Shown here: positions 42,995 to 52,854 of the stretch, piece after piece
How the letters are laid out: each line of letters begins with the position of its first letter
Numbering within the stretch: the first letter of the stretch is position 1
Origin: a virus
Virus record (IMG/VR): IMGVR_UViG_3300037258_001099
Location: 1-64,000 of that record
Reading direction: 5' to 3' (one strand)
Length of the DNA stretch: 64,000 bases
Position numbers and translations under genes: made by a program
Notes under the pieces: generated by a model
Seen by the model: only the letters and a program-made list of their open reading frames with translations
What the model was told of the DNA's origin: nothing
Databases searched by the model: none

Positions 42995-43919
42995 GCCTAT
43001 GCTCGCTATGTGCTATATAGCTCTCGTCATCAAGTTGTTCTATTGTGTAGTCTGCAAACTCCAGTGGGCAGATTTGCTTGAGGCAAAGTAGAAGCCGCAC
43101 AGCGATATTTCTAATCTCAGGGTCAACATACTTTGTTGCTCGAAGATCAATGATATGCCGCCAGTGACGAATGTTGGCCGTCCCATAGAGGGCTGTCTCA
43201 GTGTCATTGGGGAGCATAGATCTCGCCGCCTCATGGATCTTCTTGCGTAGGTCTGTCCCAGTTTCCCCTTGCAGCATCGGGTGTTCGAGTTGCTGTTCTG
43301 AGCGTAACTGTGCGCAAAGCGAGCTATACTCTTTCTTGGTACGATCAATATGTTTGATGAAGAGCTCGTGGAGCACTGGGTTTGCGGCAAATTCAGGTCG
43401 CTCTACAAAGCGCAAGAGATCTTCCCCCACGTATCGCTGAGAGATCTGGGAGACCGAGAGAAAGCGGTGACGTGCAACAAGTTCATGGGAAAGACTACGG
43501 GATACTCCGTAGAGCCAGAAACCAAAATAGACATGCTCTAGGACTGACCCATGGCCGCTCTCGATCAGCTTGGTAACATATTTCTTTGCGTCTTTGCGCA
43601 TGGTTCGCTTTGGTCCCCAGGAGCCGTAGCAGCCTTGTCCTGCAAACTGTATGATACGACTACTCTGTGGAATAGGTGAGCCATCTTCAAAAAAAGGAAG
43701 ATGACAGCAGTAGTCTTTAAAGAGTAGTTTCTCATCAAAACCTGCAAAGTAGTCCTCCATGCCGTCTTCAATGAAAATCATTGTTCCTTTGAGAACAATG
43801 CCAGGCTGGGTAAGATACCGTGTACCAGCCTCGCTTTTATAGACAGGGGCATGCATCGTAATGGTGTAACGATCATCCCCACCAAGATCGTAGAAAAGTC
43901 TTTCGTTCACTTTCTCCAC
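42987..43919 (-). CDS. thyX: flavin-dependent thymidylate synthase
   Basis: GHGSVLEH, SRSLSHELVARHR..S.SQISQRY, EAARSMLP, NIRHWRH. Confidence 0.93.
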   Translation of the reverse strand: MEKVNERLFYDLGGDDRYTITMHAPVYKSEAGTRYLTQPGIVLKGTMIFIEDGMEDYFAGFDEKLLFKDYCCHLPFFEDGSPIPQSSRIIQFAGQGCYGSWGPKRTMRKDAKKYVTKLIESGHGSVLEHVYFGFWLYGVSRSLSHELVARHRFLSVSQISQRYVGEDLLRFVERPEFAANPVLHELFIKHIDRTKKEYSSLCAQLRSEQQLEHPMLQGETGTDLRKKIHEAARSMLPNDTETALYGTANIRHWRHIIDLRATKYVDPEIRNIAVRLLLCLKQICPLEFADYTIEQLDDESYIAHSEHRHV

Positions 43920-44200
43920 TCACTCCAGCTCTTGGTACGTATATCAAGTTTCTTCCAGGGAGCGCCATCTCTGCGCACATGAAAGAAATAGAGAATTGTT
44001 GGATCTTTCTTCGCGTTGTAGATGGTAATCATAGGATTTTCCCGCTCGTCTATCTGAACGCAGTGCTCTGCCATGATGAGTTCTAGTCGATCGAGCTGTT
44101 GCATATAGGCTCTTTTTGTCTCCCACATGCGGCGTGTGTCGGCTATTCCGCACCTGGCTGAGACCTCGATATAGTCTTCTACAAGCTGGCAGATATCCAT
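43907..44200 (-). CDS. hypothetical protein
   Basis: ORF coupled to thyX. Confidence 0.55.
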   Translation of the reverse strand: MDICQLVEDYIEVSARCGIADTRRMWETKRAYMQQLDRLELIMAEHCVQIDERENPMITIYNAKKDPTILYFFHVRRDGAPWKKLDIRTKSWSEWRK

Positions 44201-44295
44201 TACTTCTTCTCTCCAAGCACGACTATACATCCTTTGGCAAATTTGGCCTGATAGCTGTGCTCTCTGCTATGCTGGGAACACAAAGAGGAGGGGTT

Positions 44296-44727
44296 ATGTT
44301 GATCGTTTCTGATCATCTACGATGCCATGAGACCATAAAAGATTGGGTAAACAAGCTTATAAGCCAGCATAGGGAGACTATTGGTCTCGAATCTCGCTGG
44401 ATTATTGACGTTTCTGTCCTTTGTGCGCATGAAACGACAGATCAGTCAGCAGGGCTCATCGAGTGGATACCTGATACCTATCAGGCCAAGCTTTCCATAC
44501 GCTGCGACCTTCCGTATGGACTGGTGCGCTGGGAAACGATTCATGAGTTACAAGAACTGGCCTGGTATCGCAGCGGTACTGCCGTTTCTCATTTTGTCAG
44601 TAATTGTCAGGAGCATTGTCTTGGTGAGCTTGCAGCCCTCTTTATGCGCCAGTATAGAGTTGCGCGTAACCAGGAGGTAGAGCAAGCCATCGAACGCTAT
44701 CTTGGTGAGAGGAGACCACAACTATGA
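44296..44727 (+). CDS. hypothetical protein, possible zincin-like fold (IHEL)
   Basis: GAGGAGG SD before ATG 44296. Confidence 0.55.
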   Translation: MLIVSDHLRCHETIKDWVNKLISQHRETIGLESRWIIDVSVLCAHETTDQSAGLIEWIPDTYQAKLSIRCDLPYGLVRWETIHELQELAWYRSGTAVSHFVSNCQEHCLGELAALFMRQYRVARNQEVEQAIERYLGERRPQL

Positions 44728-45014
44728 GTGAGCCAGAAGTAGTAGAAGTCCAGCCCTACTTTGAAAAAGATGGAGCAGTGGTCTTTGGTCCAACAATTAA
44801 GGCCCTTCCCTATACCCACGTGGGCTTTCTCACTGATTACCACACAAAGTCACTTCTCATCATGATGCATAATCAGTCGATCCTGGAAGCGCCCTCAGAA
44901 GAAAAAGTGCCTGCGGTCTATCTCCACGAAAAAGATCTTGCCAGGCTTATCCTGAGCCTTCAGCAGGCACTGGGTATACTGCGCAGCCTTCCTGAAAGCG
45001 AGCCGGATGCGTAA
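44724..45014 (+). CDS. hypothetical protein
   Basis: coupled to the terminase gene. Confidence 0.65.
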   Translation: MSEPEVVEVQPYFEKDGAVVFGPTIKALPYTHVGFLTDYHTKSLLIMMHNQSILEAPSEEKVPAVYLHEKDLARLILSLQQALGILRSLPESEPDA

Positions 45015-46614
45015 GTACGACAAACCGACCCAGTTTGCCCTCTCCGCCCTTGATCGTGAAATCCTTACCTACGGCCAGTATGATATTGATCTGTGGGCTC
45101 GCGGCTACTTCGGTCGCGGTCTCTTTCCATGGCAGCAATACTTCTACCATGCACCACAAAAAGATAAAATGTGTGTGGCAAGTATTAGAGTTGGTAAATC
45201 TTTCCTTGCCTCTAATGGCGGCCTCCATAAGATGCAGTTCAATCCTGGAGCAAGATTTTTAAATACCTCTATTTCCTCCGAGCAGGCCAAAATCGTCTAT
45301 AATCATTGCCTTGAGATGTGCAATGCCCCTAACTTCCAGCACTGGGTCGAACACGTGCAAAGCAGTCCGTATCCTCTCATTAGACTAGTAAACGGGAGTG
45401 AACTATGGTTTCGTTCAATTGGATACGAAGCAGAATTGATCAGGGGCTTTGAGTTCGATGTCATAAATGTGGACGAAGCAGCATATATCGTGCGTGAAAT
45501 GGCAATTAAGACATTACGGGGCCGCCTGCTTGGTATTAACCCGATCACGAACATGCCGCGTCTACGTGAGATCTGGTTTATTAGCTCGCCAAAAGGTGGG
45601 GGATGGCTCTTTGAGCGGTGGAAAAAAGGTGACCCTAAATATCCTAACGCCGATCCGTCCAAATATCTCTCGCTACGTGCCACGATCTGGCAAAATCCGC
45701 TGCTTGATCCAGAGGCCATCGCTGACATCATGGCCGACTATACCGAAGATATGATCCAGCAGGAGCTCTTTGGTGAGTTCTTAATCGATACAGGTTCGCT
45801 CTTCCCCTATGAGGCGGTGCTTTCCTGCTGCGATGAGGATAAGCGCGAGGTGCGATGGCTCTACGAACAGATTAAAGCCTGGAAAGAGAAGAACCAGACA
45901 AGAACGTACCGAAGTGACGCAGGATTATCTGAGGATATATCCCACTATGAATGTGATCCACAACCAGGCCACCAGTACATATCAAGCTGGGACTTGGGCA
46001 AGAAGCCGACGCGCAAGGGACGCAATGCCATGGTCGGTATGGTCTACGACGTGACTCATGAGCCATGGGTGCAAGCTGGCTTCTTCTACCGAGAAGGTAT
46101 GGGATATACCGATGTGAAGCCACTGATAGAGCAGTGGAGCGAGAAATATGGGGCGGAACGACTTGGTTGCCGCTGCAAAACAGTGATGGATAGCACTGGC
46201 AAAGGTGATGTTCTTGAGGAGTTCATGGTGCGTGAGCACTCTGTGGACAGCCTGGAGGGCTATGTTTACAGCGCATCCAATAAGCCGAACCTCATACATG
46301 CGGGAAAACTTGCCATAGAGCGTGGTCAGACTGTCTTTCCATTCATCAAACGTCAGGTAGACGAGCTTACCAATTATGTTGCCGATGATAAGGACATTGC
46401 GCAGGATATCGTAATGTGCTATTGCCAAGCCATGTATGCGGCACGCGAGATGATGCGCCTCTCGCCCAAAGACAATAGCCTCCAGCGCAAGCTCAATGCC
46501 ATGCCACAGTATCATAGCCGCCTCTGGACAGCCAAGATGAATCCTCGCTATATCCAAAGTCGTATGGGCAGTCGAGTTGCCAGGACCTCTAGAATGAAAC
46601 TCACGAGGAGGTAA
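45007..46614 (+). CDS. terL: terminase large subunit
   Basis: LFPWQ Q-motif, Walker A ASIRVGKS, Walker B INVDEAA, ISSPKG motif III, nuclease SWDLG...DSTGKG...QDIVM. Confidence 0.9.
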   Translation: MRKYDKPTQFALSALDREILTYGQYDIDLWARGYFGRGLFPWQQYFYHAPQKDKMCVASIRVGKSFLASNGGLHKMQFNPGARFLNTSISSEQAKIVYNHCLEMCNAPNFQHWVEHVQSSPYPLIRLVNGSELWFRSIGYEAELIRGFEFDVINVDEAAYIVREMAIKTLRGRLLGINPITNMPRLREIWFISSPKGGGWLFERWKKGDPKYPNADPSKYLSLRATIWQNPLLDPEAIADIMADYTEDMIQQELFGEFLIDTGSLFPYEAVLSCCDEDKREVRWLYEQIKAWKEKNQTRTYRSDAGLSEDISHYECDPQPGHQYISSWDLGKKPTRKGRNAMVGMVYDVTHEPWVQAGFFYREGMGYTDVKPLIEQWSEKYGAERLGCRCKTVMDSTGKGDVLEEFMVREHSVDSLEGYVYSASNKPNLIHAGKLAIERGQTVFPFIKRQVDELTNYVADDKDIAQDIVMCYCQAMYAAREMMRLSPKDNSLQRKLNAMPQYHSRLWTAKMNPRYIQSRMGSRVARTSRMKLTRR

Positions 46615-46616
46615 GT

Positions 46617-47312
46617 ATGGACAACGAAAATTTTTTTTATAGAGAGACAGCACATGCTTATGGTGGCCCTGAAGAGTTCAAGAAATATCTTGAAGGGGGC
46701 TGGGATGGTTTTGATAAGCGCCCCTATCCAGAGCTTGCCTTAGACGAGCCTGGTAGCCCACTTTCTGACAAGCGTATTAAGCGTGCCATGCAAGCAGGGC
46801 ATATCATTATTGAACCATTTAACGCGAAGTATCTTGGCCCCAACTCCTATGATGTGCGGCTTGGGAGCTACTACTATCGCGGTAGGGATCAGATACTTGC
46901 TGTTCACCTCAATAATGAAGAGGATGTTAAAGCTTATTGGAATGGCCCCCTTTGCGCCCATAAGGAAATCGAAATCCACCCTGGAACCACGATTTTAGCT
47001 CATACTATTGAGAGAATAGGTGGGCAGAATGGCTATGTTGCGCAAATGCATAGCAAATCAACAATTGCTCGCTGTGGACTTTCTGTGTGTCGTTGTGCTG
47101 GAGTGGGCGATGTTGGGTACATTAACCGTTGGACCATGGAGATTCTAAACGGAACAAAGATTCCCATCTGGGTGCCAGTCGGTGCGAAAATTGCGCAATT
47201 TTCTTTTCACTATGCTGGAGAGACAGATAAAGAGTATCACGGACATTATGGTCAGGACGACTGGCAGCCCTCTGATATGCTACCTAATATAGATAGTATT
47301 AGTTCACAGTAA
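46617..47312 (+). CDS. dcd: dCTP deaminase
   Basis: LSDKRI..IIEPF...PNSYDVRLG, ILAHTIE, KSTIARCGL, GDVGY..RWTMEI. Confidence 0.9.
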   Translation: MDNENFFYRETAHAYGGPEEFKKYLEGGWDGFDKRPYPELALDEPGSPLSDKRIKRAMQAGHIIIEPFNAKYLGPNSYDVRLGSYYYRGRDQILAVHLNNEEDVKAYWNGPLCAHKEIEIHPGTTILAHTIERIGGQNGYVAQMHSKSTIARCGLSVCRCAGVGDVGYINRWTMEILNGTKIPIWVPVGAKIAQFSFHYAGETDKEYHGHYGQDDWQPSDMLPNIDSISSQ

Positions 47313-47561
47313 TCTTCCCCCTTCTGCCCACTCATGTAATAGTTTGCTATGCTTTCTGAGATTGCATGATGGGCATGCAATTACTATGTTATCAATATTA
47401 TTGCTTCCTCCACGGGATATGGGGAGGATATGATCTATGTGGTATGAATATCTACCATTATCATCTACAATTTTCTTTTGGCAGTAATAGCATTGGCTTT
47501 TTTGGCGCAATATTTGTTGTTGTATGTCTTTATGCGTATAAGAACCATTTGATCCCCTCTT
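47304..47561 (-). pseudogene. HNH endonuclease C-terminal domain with no evident start or N-terminus
   Basis: QKSQCYYC...YHIDHILPISRGGSN...NIVIACPSCNLRK; the upstream frame runs into an inverted-repeat element. Confidence 0.65.
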
Positions 47562-47757
47562 TATAGGCCTGATATGCGCAAGCGTGACATGAAGTGCAGA
47601 TGAGCTGCTTGCTTGTTTCCGAGCTTTGGTGCTGAAGTGGCTATTGAGGCCATATCTGCTCAAATGACTCGCAGCAGAAAAGTCTATGAGGCCAAATGTC
47701 CCCAATGAAATTGATCACTCTGCACTTGGTGACAGCTTCGCGCATATCAGGCCTATA
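47562..47757. repeat. 196-bp element with about 40-bp imperfect terminal inverted repeats (MITE-like or structured RNA)
   Basis: TATAGGCCTGATATGCGC(47562-79)/GCGCATATCAGGCCTATA(47740-57) and AAGTGCAGA/TCTGCACTT; adjacent hairpin at 47755-47783. Confidence 0.75.
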
Positions 47758-47793
47758 TGCGAGGCGGCCATGATCTCGCATATGAGGAACTCA

Positions 47794-48132
47794 TTATTCG
47801 GAAAGGTATGCAAGACCTGGGACAATCTTCGAGCTAATCACGGCTGAAACATAACTACTTGCATCCGAACTTGCTGGATGCACATGGAGCGTGACTGACT
47901 TTGCCGAGGCCTCGATACAATACTCTTTTGGTTCTTCTCTTTGTGGAGGAGTAAAGCATGTTGTATGGAAGTGATACTGCGTTTTGGCGATGATAAAGAG
48001 CAGGTCCTTCTTGTCTCCATCAGGAAAATTGACGGCGATAGAGAGATAGTCACTTGGCCGTGGGACAAGGTTCTCTTTTGCAGTGAGTTCAGCCAGCTTA
48101 TAGTATTTATCGTAGAGCAGATGGATCTTCAT
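47794..48132 (-). CDS. hypothetical protein
   Basis: coupled ORF. Confidence 0.6.
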   Translation of the reverse strand: MKIHLLYDKYYKLAELTAKENLVPRPSDYLSIAVNFPDGDKKDLLFIIAKTQYHFHTTCFTPPQREEPKEYCIEASAKSVTLHVHPASSDASSYVSAVISSKIVPGLAYLSE

Positions 48133-48491
48133 TAGGGCTTCCAGTTCTTCATAGTCTCCGCCGCCACTTTTACATCATACTCAATACCGTAATCGGTAGC
48201 TCTCAGTCCTGGAAAACTTGTCTCCAGCGCTTTTGAGAGCAGGCCTGCTTCAGTGGTAAGCGCCTTGAGGAATTCGTCTTCAGTGAAGACTCCCTTTTCT
48301 ATGAGCAGATTAATAATCGCTGATTTCTCTGCTCGTAGCAGAAGTGTCACTTCTCGGTGATCTTTCACCGCTTTGCATTCTGGATCGGTATCAGATCTGG
48401 TGCCTAGCTGCCAGGAAGCAAAAACTTGCCTCCATTTAGTAAGCCTGTTGCAGGCTATTTCACACGCCTGCGCTAGTCTCTGATTAGTCAT
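48132..48491 (-). CDS. hypothetical phage protein (start MTNQRLA)
   Basis: GAGGA SD. Confidence 0.65.
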   Translation of the reverse strand: MTNQRLAQACEIACNRLTKWRQVFASWQLGTRSDTDPECKAVKDHREVTLLLRAEKSAIINLLIEKGVFTEDEFLKALTTEAGLLSKALETSFPGLRATDYGIEYDVKVAAETMKNWKP

Positions 48492-48744
48492 CTTCTTTTT
48501 CCTCTCTTGGGCTCCCGCAGCAGGGGCAGACTTCTTGTATATGGGCATAGGCGAGCAAATCAAGCTTCGGCCTGGAAAACTGGACGGTCGCATGGATTAG
48601 TTCATACATATTGCTTGGGTTGATATCGATAAGTACTTTTCGCAGAAACACAATCTCGCGGCCCGTCTCGACTTCAGTCACTTTGGTTTGAAATGCGGGA
48701 CCTTTCCCGTCATGGGTAATGCAAACTTTGACTAAATCTTTCAT
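48484..48744 (-). CDS. hypothetical protein
   Basis: coupled ORF. Confidence 0.6.
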   Translation of the reverse strand: MKDLVKVCITHDGKGPAFQTKVTEVETGREIVFLRKVLIDINPSNMYELIHATVQFSRPKLDLLAYAHIQEVCPCCGSPREEKEDD

Positions 48745-48835
48745 GGCCCCACTATAGCAGGGGCGACAAAAAAAATAGCTTGATTACTCTTCCCTCTGCT
48801 ACGCTTTGCCTACCACACACGCAAAGGGAGTATTC

Positions 48836-50542
48836 ATGGTCACAACGGTCAAAGTCACCACGAGAGGGCAGCCACCTTTCGAGCAGCAACATGGCATCTC
48901 ACGTAATTTGGCATTAGGCCGCATTCTCCACTTTGAAGCCCTCATGCGCCGTAGACTTGGTGAAGCTCGCACCATGCGCTACGTACGCCTCTTCAACTAC
49001 TACCAGAACCAAAACCTTCCTCCAGACAACGTGGACCAACCCCTGCAAGTCAACTACTTTTCGCGTATCGTGGACAAACATAACGGTTACCTTTGGGGCC
49101 AGTACAAAGAGCGCCTCTTCTCCTGGCGCGTGACCCCAATTGGCAAAGAAGACATGAACCCAGCCGAGCTTGATGAAGCCGAGCAGTTTGGCCGCAAGAT
49201 CAAGCTTTTTCTTGATAAGTGGTATGACGATAACGAGGCCAATGTAACGATCTTCCAGAGCTCCAAAAATGGCAGTCTTTACGGTGATGCCGTCTTTGAG
49301 GTGCGCTACGATGAGTGGAAGCGCTTAGTGGTTCTCGATCCAGTACTCCCAGAATACTTCTACTGCATGTGGGACCCAGGCAATATGCGCGAGGTTCTAG
49401 AGGTCATCATTGCTTACCCCATCGATCGTATTCTTGCGTGGGAGCGCTGGGGATCTTCTGGCAATGATCACTTTCTTGGATACCAGGCACTTAATCCCAT
49501 GTATGCACCAGGGGTTGGAGTCCTCTGGAAACGCTGGAGTCCCGTTGCTCATCAGGTCTGGATCGATGATGTGAATGTCGTCAATATTGCCAATCCCTAT
49601 GCGCCTCAATTCGGTGGCTATCTCTTCCCAGGCGTAATCCCCTTCATCCATATTCCCAACATTCCAGCAGGTGGCGAATATTGGGGACTTGGAGATGCAG
49701 AAAATATCATGCTCATACAAGACGAGCTAAATAGGCGTCTCGCCGATTTTGGCGATATTATGCAAAATCATGCACATCCGATCATTACACTTTCCAACTT
49801 CCGAGGCGAGACAGAGGATCTACCAGTAGGGGCTGACTCGGTATGGGATCTTGGCTCCAATGATGGCAAAGCAGAGCGGCTAGAGGGAACTGGTCCTGGA
49901 AAAGAAGCAATGGACTACTTGCACGAGATAAAGCTCACCATGCACGAGACTGCCTCTATGCCGGAGCAGAGTTATGGTACACAGAGAGGTGGTGCAAGTC
50001 ACAGTTCCGGCGCAGCTTTGGCGCTCACTATGATGCCAGTTATCGAGCGAGCCAAGGAGAAGCGCATTCGTTGGCAGGCAGCTCTCAAAAAGCTGGCTAA
50101 AATGGTGTTCTATATGTACTTTATACGTGACCCACAGCTACTTCAGTCTCAAGGCATTGATTACCCGAGGACTAGACTTTATAATATCGAACCTATTTTC
50201 TACGATATCCTACCAAAGGATGAATTGCAGCTTGTCAACGAGCAGGTTGCATTATACGTCAATGGCCTGCGTAGCCTAGAGGTGTCGCTGCGCAAGCTTG
50301 GAGAAGATGATGTGGCAACGGAGATCAATCGTATCCATTCCGATTTGCAACTCAAAGCCTCTCTTGGACAGCCTACCCCACCAGCAGAGGGCGGAACAGC
50401 AGGCAAAAATTCTGATCAAGGGTTAGGAGGATCAGCCCAGCTTCCAGGAGGCATTGGAGCCTCTGCGTCCAAGCCAGGCACACTCATCTCTAGTCCAGAA
50501 ACCGAGAAGGTTGACTCGGTAGCACTGAGTCAAACGGTGTGA
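48836..50542 (+). CDS. portal protein (SPP1 gp6-like)
   Basis: NYFSRIVD, GSLYGDAV, IPFIHIPN..GLGD, SGAAL motifs; size and position after terL. Confidence 0.88.
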   Translation: MVTTVKVTTRGQPPFEQQHGISRNLALGRILHFEALMRRRLGEARTMRYVRLFNYYQNQNLPPDNVDQPLQVNYFSRIVDKHNGYLWGQYKERLFSWRVTPIGKEDMNPAELDEAEQFGRKIKLFLDKWYDDNEANVTIFQSSKNGSLYGDAVFEVRYDEWKRLVVLDPVLPEYFYCMWDPGNMREVLEVIIAYPIDRILAWERWGSSGNDHFLGYQALNPMYAPGVGVLWKRWSPVAHQVWIDDVNVVNIANPYAPQFGGYLFPGVIPFIHIPNIPAGGEYWGLGDAENIMLIQDELNRRLADFGDIMQNHAHPIITLSNFRGETEDLPVGADSVWDLGSNDGKAERLEGTGPGKEAMDYLHEIKLTMHETASMPEQSYGTQRGGASHSSGAALALTMMPVIERAKEKRIRWQAALKKLAKMVFYMYFIRDPQLLQSQGIDYPRTRLYNIEPIFYDILPKDELQLVNEQVALYVNGLRSLEVSLRKLGEDDVATEINRIHSDLQLKASLGQPTPPAEGGTAGKNSDQGLGGSAQLPGGIGASASKPGTLISSPETEKVDSVALSQTV

Positions 50543-50546
50543 GATC

Positions 50547-50786
50547 ATGCATTTACGTATTTTAAAGCCGATTAAAGATATTTCTGTCGAGCAGTTTGAG
50601 GTGATAGGGCAGTGTAGCCGCTGTCACGACATTTTTAGTGTTATTGTCTACCGTCATGGCAGTAGCCTTTATGCGGTAGAGACAGCTTCCACCAATCTCG
50701 TGTCCACCTCGCGGAACGAGAAGGTGCTTATTCATCGGCGAGGATCATGTAACGGCGAGGTAAAGCTGTATGGCAACGAGGAATAG
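50547..50786 (+). CDS. hypothetical protein
   Basis: ORF in the structural operon. Confidence 0.5.
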   Translation: MHLRILKPIKDISVEQFEVIGQCSRCHDIFSVIVYRHGSSLYAVETASTNLVSTSRNEKVLIHRRGSCNGEVKLYGNEE

Positions 50787-50991
50787 GCTTAAAGTCACGT
50801 CTTACCAGGAGCAGGCCAGACTCCGGATGATCTCCAATGATTGGGAGCCAAATGGCTACTGGCGCTATCCTGTTATGCGAGCAGAGCAGGATCAGATGTC
50901 AGTACTTGGAGGTATTGGTGACAATGGTGGCACAGATCCAGATCGTTTTCGGACAGTTGGCCCCCTAGAGGCTGATTTTCCAGTCAGCTAG
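50770..50991 (+). CDS. hypothetical protein
   Basis: GAGG SD. Confidence 0.55.
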   Translation: MATRNRLKVTSYQEQARLRMISNDWEPNGYWRYPVMRAEQDQMSVLGGIGDNGGTDPDRFRTVGPLEADFPVS

Positions 50992-51000
50992 GAGGGTGCC

Positions 51001-51222
51001 ATGAATGCTGATGACTACAAAAAGTATGGGACAGTCAAATCTGGCGGAAAGAAGAAGTATCCAATTAAGAATGCAAAGTCCGCTAGGTCTGCACTAAAGT
51101 TAATTGGAAATGCAAAACCGCCCTTGAGCTCGTCTCAGAAATCTTCTGTGCGGAGTAGAGCGGCGTCGTTTGGAGTGAAACCCAAGTCTGGATCGGCTGC
51201 TGATCCCAAGGAGAAGAAATAA
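51001..51222 (+). CDS. small basic virion-associated protein (KYPI....ARSAL motif)
   Basis: Lys-rich; motif typical of small head-region proteins. Confidence 0.6.
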   Translation: MNADDYKKYGTVKSGGKKKYPIKNAKSARSALKLIGNAKPPLSSSQKSSVRSRAASFGVKPKSGSAADPKEKK

Positions 51223-51431
51223 TGACAAAGAAACCATTTAAGCAAGATCCGCCTGCCCTCAAGAAGAAGGAAGAAAAGTTTGGGGATCAGGATGGTGACG
51301 GCGAAGCGGGAGAAGCACCTTCTCATGTCAAAAAGGTGAAAGCTGCCGAAAAGAAGCAGAAGTCTGGGTTTGTTCCTTTTCAGAAAGGCGGGAAATCTGA
51401 TGGCAAAGCCAAAACAAAAGCCAAAAAATAA
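51222..51431 (+). CDS. small Lys-rich protein
   Basis: coupled ORF, low complexity. Confidence 0.6.
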   Translation: MTKKPFKQDPPALKKKEEKFGDQDGDGEAGEAPSHVKKVKAAEKKQKSGFVPFQKGGKSDGKAKTKAKK

Positions 51432-51570
51432 CATATCGCCACTTATGCGCAATCAGAAGCCTGTTGCCAAAGTCAGCAAGAGCAACATGGCTTCCGGCGT
51501 CGGCGATAAGGTGTGTCCGTCATGTAAAGCCAAAGGCAAGACTTCTTGCTCGTGCATATAGGAGGGAGCT

Positions 51571-51798
51571 GTGGGCGATAGACTCCACGAAGGGGTTTCG
51601 GGAGATGACGCCGCTATCTTCTCGATCAATACCACGGACAATAGCGACGACAATGAGACAGAGGACCCGACTGGGAAGAGGTCTCAAATGCAGCCGTCTC
51701 TACCGTGGACATATGGGATGCGGAGAGTGAAGACAGGGGGATCTCCCAGCGGTCATGTTCCCAATATCACTCCAGGAGCAAAGCGTGTTCAGTGGTAG
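51571..51798 (+). CDS. hypothetical protein
   Basis: GGAGGGAG SD. Confidence 0.5.
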   Translation: MGDRLHEGVSGDDAAIFSINTTDNSDDNETEDPTGKRSQMQPSLPWTYGMRRVKTGGSPSGHVPNITPGAKRVQW

Positions 51799-51962
51799 TT
51801 TAGTTGCGCCACTATCAAGGTGGTTGCTAGTCTTGAAAAAATAGGAGCAAGGTTCGCAAACGAGCGAGAAGCTGATTGACGAATTTCTCACCCACCTATC
51901 CAGCTCTCACGTTCGCTCTGTGTCCTGCTCCTCTCGTTACACACATTCAAGGAGAATCCCAA

Positions 51963-52790
51963 ATGGACCCAAATACAGGTGATCCTACTACGCAGCCACC
52001 AGCGGTCACTCCCCCGCTCGCTGAGCCATCTCAGCAGTCTGGGAGCACTGTGCCAGGTGCGTCGGTCAGCACCCCAGCTTCAACAGGACCCAGTGTCGCA
52101 GATTTGGTTGCACAATGGGAAAAGCGCCATCGTGATCTGATGTCAGAGAAAGATAGAATGGCAAATGATCGCGATAAAGCAATTGCAGCCCAGGTAAAAA
52201 TGCAGGAAGAACATACTGCCCTCAAAGAGCAGAGTTCCAATGCCCTTACCGGAGCCGCACAAACCACCCAGAGTGCGATCGATCAAGCAAAGATCCTTGC
52301 AGACAAAATCGCTCAGCTCGAAGCTGAAAATGTTCGCAATAGAGTTTTGCTTGAAAATCCAGACCTTGCCCCATACGCCGCCCTTATCCCGCCATCGTCT
52401 GACGAGGCCAAGGTACGAGAGACGGTTGCTAATCTTAAAAAGATCAATGAAGAGCAGTTTAAACGACTTGCTTCTCAGCCTGTCCAGCAGCAACAGCAGC
52501 TACCTGCGGGAGGTCAGCCTCCGCAGCAGGTAGCCGATATTATGAGTCTGTACGCAGGTCGTCCTGGTATGAACCCCATGCTGCCAGGAATGCCACTTGC
52601 TCAACTTCCTGGCTCTACTCCGGCTGCTATGGCACCAGCAGGTTCAGTTGAGGACCAAAACAAGGCGATCGATGAGATCTTAACAGAGGCAAAAAAGTCT
52701 GGGGACCCACAAAAGTTTGCGGCAGCACTTGAAGAGGCGAAATCCAGAGCAAAGGCACTTGTGAACAGTGTCACGGGATACTCCTCATAA
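51963..52790 (+). CDS. capsid scaffolding protein
   Basis: Pro-rich N-terminus, coiled-coil core, directly before the MCP; AAGGAG SD. Confidence 0.75.
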   Translation: MDPNTGDPTTQPPAVTPPLAEPSQQSGSTVPGASVSTPASTGPSVADLVAQWEKRHRDLMSEKDRMANDRDKAIAAQVKMQEEHTALKEQSSNALTGAAQTTQSAIDQAKILADKIAQLEAENVRNRVLLENPDLAPYAALIPPSSDEAKVRETVANLKKINEEQFKRLASQPVQQQQQLPAGGQPPQQVADIMSLYAGRPGMNPMLPGMPLAQLPGSTPAAMAPAGSVEDQNKAIDEILTEAKKSGDPQKFAAALEEAKSRAKALVNSVTGYSS

Positions 52791-52793
52791 GAT

Positions 52794-52837
52794 AGAACAA
52801 TTTCCGGTAATCACTTTTCATTACCGGAAATTGTTCT
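52794..52837. repeat. perfect 18-8-18 palindrome AGAACAATTTCCGGTAAT-CACTTTTC-ATTACCGGAAATTGTTCT
   Basis: intergenic between scaffold and MCP; core shared with 12766 and 21785. Confidence 0.85.
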
Positions 52838-52854
52838 GACGATAGAGGAAAGCC

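Noticed and set aside
47562-47757. Retron msr-msd or DGR template
   Set aside because: No reverse transcriptase in the window and no TR/VR pair with adenine-specific differences was seen.
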